This document shows positions 61,019-64,000 of a stretch of DNA of 64,000 bases, one piece after another. The stretch lies in assembly GCA_046757165.1 (NCBI GenBank), contig JBHHXT010000005.1, positions 1,396 through 65,395 on the forward strand, written 5' to 3'. The position numbers and the translations under genes were made by a program. Position 1 is the stretch's first letter; every line of letters starts with the position of its first letter. This DNA is from a bacterium. GTDB taxonomy: Bacteria; Zhuqueibacterota; Zhuqueibacteria; Oceanimicrobiales; Oceanimicrobiaceae. The notes below the pieces were generated by a model. That model was not told the DNA's origin and made no database searches. It saw only the letters and a program-made list of their open reading frames with translations.

Positions 61019-62368
61019 CTACACAACGCCGAGCCGCTCCATCATGGAGTAAAGCTTGCGGCGCGTGATGCCCAGAAGCTTGGCCGCCTTGCTCTTGTTC
61101 CCGCCGGCCTTGTTGAGCGCATTCTGGAGCAAGTCCTTTTCAACTTGCACCAGGGACAGCCCTTCGTCTGGAAAGCTCAGGGTTGTGTTGCTTGAAGCCA
61201 TGGGCAAGTTCTTCACGTGCGGCGGCAAGTCTTCCTCATCGATCGTGTCTGTGCTGGACATGATCATGGAACGCTCGACAATATTCTCCAATTCGCGTAC
61301 GTTTCCCGGCCAGCCGTATTTCATCAATTGCTCCAGCGCCGCGCTCGAGATGGCGTTTTCATCCCGTCCGAGTTTCCTGAGACAATGGCAGACGAGATCG
61401 GGAATATCTTCTTTGCGCGTACGTAAGGGCGGCAGGGTGATGGGGAAAACATTGATGCGGTAGTACAAATCCTCGCGGAAGGTTTTTTCCTGCAGCATTT
61501 GCTCCAGGTCGCAATTGGTGGCTGCGATGGTTCGGGCTTTGGTTTGGATCGTTTTCGTCCCCCCCAGTCGCTCGATTTGGCGGTTCTGCAGCACACGCAG
61601 CAGCTTCACCTGCGTGGCCGGCGAAATCTCCCCAATTTCGTCCAGGAAAATGGTACCGCTCCCTGCCAGCTCGAAGCGGCCGATCTTCATCTTGTCTGCG
61701 CCGGTAAAGGCGCCTTTTTCGTGTCCGAACAGCTCGCTTTCCAGCAAACTCTCCGGCAGAGCACCGCAGTTGACGGCCACAAACGGCTCGTTGGCGCGCA
61801 GGCTCAAATGATGAATGGCCAGCGCCACCAACTCCTTGCCTGTCCCGCTTTCGCCGCGAATCAATACCGTCGCGTCGGTGGGCGCGACTTTTTCCACCAT
61901 TTTGTAGACCTGTTGCATGGCGCCGCTCATGCCCACCATATTTTCGAGAGAGTACTTGTCCTTCAGCTCACGCTTGAGCTGGCGATTCTCCTCAGCCAGC
62001 TTGCGTTTTTCCATGATATGCTTGACCTTCATCTTGAGCTCATCCATCTCGAAGGGCTTGATGATGTAGTCGTAGGCCCCCTTCTTCATCGCATCGACGG
62101 CATTCTGAGCTGTGGCGTAAGCGGTCATCAAAATGACCTCCGTGCCCGGCCGCCTCTTCTTGACGGTGTCGAGCACGAACAAGCCATCTTTACCCGGCAT
62201 CTTCAAATCCGTGACCACGAGGTCGAACTCACTTTGGTCGAACTTCTCGACCCCCTCTTCTGCCGTTTCAGCAGTCGTCACCTGGTATCCTTCCGGCTCC
62301 AGGGCAAATCGGAGGATCTTGCACATCTTGGGTTCATCGTCGATGATGAGGATGGTTCCGTTTTGCAT
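61019..62368 (-). CDS. Sigma-54-dependent Fis-family response regulator (NtrC-like)
   Basis: REC domain (ILIIDDE...DLVVTDLKMPG). AAA+ sigma54-activator domain (GESGTGKE, GAFTGA motif). C-terminal Fis HTH. Confidence 0.9.
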   Translation of the reverse strand: MQNGTILIIDDEPKMCKILRFALEPEGYQVTTAETAEEGVEKFDQSEFDLVVTDLKMPGKDGLFVLDTVKKRRPGTEVILMTAYATAQNAVDAMKKGAYDYIIKPFEMDELKMKVKHIMEKRKLAEENRQLKRELKDKYSLENMVGMSGAMQQVYKMVEKVAPTDATVLIRGESGTGKELVALAIHHLSLRANEPFVAVNCGALPESLLESELFGHEKGAFTGADKMKIGRFELAGSGTIFLDEIGEISPATQVKLLRVLQNRQIERLGGTKTIQTKARTIAATNCDLEQMLQEKTFREDLYYRINVFPITLPPLRTRKEDIPDLVCHCLRKLGRDENAISSAALEQLMKYGWPGNVRELENIVERSMIMSSTDTIDEEDLPPHVKNLPMASSNTTLSFPDEGLSLVQVEKDLLQNALNKAGGNKSKAAKLLGITRRKLYSMMERLGVV

Positions 62369-62693
62369 CAGCTCTCTTCCTTCGATGAGTGGGCTATCGG
62401 ATTCTCAGCAGTTGATTTTGATAATACACTTAAAGCCAAAATTTATTTTCCGGTTGAAGAAAGTGAAGAACAGGAGTGCAAAAATCAGCGAAGCGTATTT
62501 TTGCAATAATCAAGGCTAATGTATGTAAAAATACGTTCGCTGCGCTCACTGATTCTTACACTCCTGCTCAGGCGAAGTGACATGCCTTTAAGTCCAATCC
62601 GTCAGATTCGTTAAATCCGTGTCATCCGTGTTCTTTTTCATTTTGCACTTTTTTGCAAAGTTTGGCGGTGATGCCATAAACAAAGCAATCTGC

Positions 62694-63998
62694 CTAGCCG
62701 CTCGCCGGCAAATAAACTCGTATCTTCGTGCCCTTCCCTTTCTCACTCTCCACCTCAATCCAGCCCTCATGTTTCTCCACCAGTCTCTTGCAAATCGCCA
62801 GTCCGAGACCGCTGCCAGAGGTCTTGGTGGTGTAGAACGGCTCGAAGACTCTATCGCCCTCCACCTCAAAGCCACACCCCGTGTCCTCGATTTCGACTTT
62901 GACGTAGTGTCGCCCCTTCTTGCGCCGCTCGTTCTTGAGCCTGATGGCTATCGTGCCGCCGCCATTCATCGCCTGCACCGCGTTGAGGGCCAGATTCAAG
63001 ATGAGCTGATTGACGGCATCTTCATCATGCCGGACTTCTGGCAGCTCATCAAACTCCTTCTCCACCGTGACATTTGCCTGCCGGACTTCATCTTCAAGCG
63101 AGACCAAAGATTTTTCAACTGAGCTTTTCAAGTCAGTGGCGGTGCGCTCCAAATCGCGGTCGCGGGCAAAGGTCAAAAAATCGCTGACCAGTCGATTGAG
63201 CCGCCGCACTTCACTCGGGATATACTCGAACAGCTCGTCCGGCTCCTCGCTGCTATCATATTTTGATTTCAGGACATCGGCCGTGCCTTTGATGATTCCC
63301 AACGGGTTGCGAATTTCATGGGCAACGGTTGCAGCCATCTGTCCCATCGCCGCCAGCCGCTCAGCCTTTCGCAACGACTCGTGTGTCTTCATCAGAAGGG
63401 AGATGGCCCAAAAAAGAAACGTCGAAAAAACCACCACCACAGCCACACTCACAATCCCGCCCAGAATCAGTCCCCTCTGAAACCCTCGCAGCATATCAAA
63501 AAACCCCGCGCTTGCCTGCACCACAACCACCGCCACGACATCGTCAAAGGGATCGAACACCGGGGCATAAGCGCTTTTGAAACGGTTGCCCGCAACCACC
63601 TGCATCGCGGCGACGGCCGGAATTCCAGCGATGGCCTGGGTTACCGCCAGACTGTCCTCTTCCAGAAAGGACAACCGTTCTCCGTACGGGAACAGAGCTT
63701 GACTGCTGGCGATCACCCTGTAGGTTTCGTCCACGAGGTAAACCCCCTGCAGGCGATTCTCCAGGTGTATCGTGGTCAAGATTTCATTCATGGTGGGCAG
63801 CACCAGCGTCAGCCTGCCGGTCTCAATCTCCGCCGCATAGTCACCCGTTTCCATCACTTTGGCCGTGAGCGTCGCCACCGAAAGCAGGCGCGCTCCCAGG
63901 TCCTCCTCCAGGAATTTACCCATGTCTTGCAGGAACCGCCAGCTTCCAAAAGTAAAGCCCAGCAGCACCAACACAGTCAGCAGGACCATCCCGCTCAC
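62694..63998 (-). CDS. Sensor histidine kinase (possibly N-terminally truncated by window edge)
   Basis: H-box HEIRNPLGII. HATPase_c N/G boxes. N-terminal TM helix. ORF abuts the window end. Confidence 0.8.
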   Translation of the reverse strand: MSGMVLLTVLVLLGFTFGSWRFLQDMGKFLEEDLGARLLSVATLTAKVMETGDYAAEIETGRLTLVLPTMNEILTTIHLENRLQGVYLVDETYRVIASSQALFPYGERLSFLEEDSLAVTQAIAGIPAVAAMQVVAGNRFKSAYAPVFDPFDDVVAVVVVQASAGFFDMLRGFQRGLILGGIVSVAVVVVFSTFLFWAISLLMKTHESLRKAERLAAMGQMAATVAHEIRNPLGIIKGTADVLKSKYDSSEEPDELFEYIPSEVRRLNRLVSDFLTFARDRDLERTATDLKSSVEKSLVSLEDEVRQANVTVEKEFDELPEVRHDEDAVNQLILNLALNAVQAMNGGGTIAIRLKNERRKKGRHYVKVEIEDTGCGFEVEGDRVFEPFYTTKTSGSGLGLAICKRLVEKHEGWIEVESEKGKGTKIRVYLPASG

Positions 63999-64000
63999 CA

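Noticed and set aside
1-64000. CRISPR arrays, rRNA genes, prophage or integrase genes
   Set aside because: No regularly spaced short direct repeats, no rRNA-like conserved stretches, and no tyrosine or serine recombinase motifs were seen anywhere in the window.

Overview
This is a 64 kb chromosomal window from an uncultured bacterium. Gene content (T9SS C-terminal sorting domains on two secreted proteins, tandem DUF4159 genes, a MoxR/BatA-type operon) points to an FCB-group lineage such as Bacteroidota, Ignavibacteriota or a related candidate phylum, though the exact lineage cannot be set from sequence alone. Coding density is high and most genes are on the minus strand.

Content in order:
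- A type-B succinate:quinone oxidoreductase operon, sdhC(b558)-sdhA-sdhB, at 137-3563 (+).
- A small secreted cargo protein with a lamin-tail domain and a T9SS CTD.
- A 3.3 kb gene-poor accessory islet (4486-7830) holding a roughly 196-bp near-identical direct repeat pair around an orphan 268-aa ORF, a BrnT/BrnA toxin-antitoxin pair, a truncated RAYT/IS200-like fragment and a REP-like palindrome.
- A nine-gene Bat-like operon on the minus strand: moxR, DUF58, BatA-like VWA, DUF4175 coiled-coil giant, VWA/GATase-like membrane protein, C13-like protein, then DUF4159 x2 and a TPR-HExxH protein.
- A PDZ protein, a frameshifted Rpn/PD-(D/E)XK transposase-like pseudogene, a HAD hydrolase and a DUF885 protein.
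- A compact arsenic island arsR-arsM-arsN2-arsC bracketed by copies of a MITE-like repeat.
- An AlkZ/YcaQ-like protein, an M28 peptidase, a 5'-nucleotidase, membrane proteins, MscS, an amidohydrolase, glutamate dehydrogenase, an AraC regulator, TPR proteins, an MBL hydrolase and a VKOR-DsbA fusion.
- An OMP beta-barrel and a DUF1501/DUF1800 pair.
- A minus-strand block consisting of sensor kinase, sigma-54 response regulator, a candidate sigma-54 promoter, a 506-aa helical secreted protein, a giant T9SS cargo protein and a Spy/CpxP-like protein.

The window is also littered with at least five families of small palindromic dispersed repeats (MITE-like). Several sit immediately upstream of start codons or supply stop codons.

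No rRNA, no confident tRNA and no CRISPR array was seen. I found no single cluster I could call a new multi-gene system with confidence. The best candidates for novelty are the repeat-flanked orphan ORF beside BrnTA, the promoter-proximal MITE family, and the sigma-54 two-component module apparently wired to a helical secreted protein and a giant T9SS cargo.
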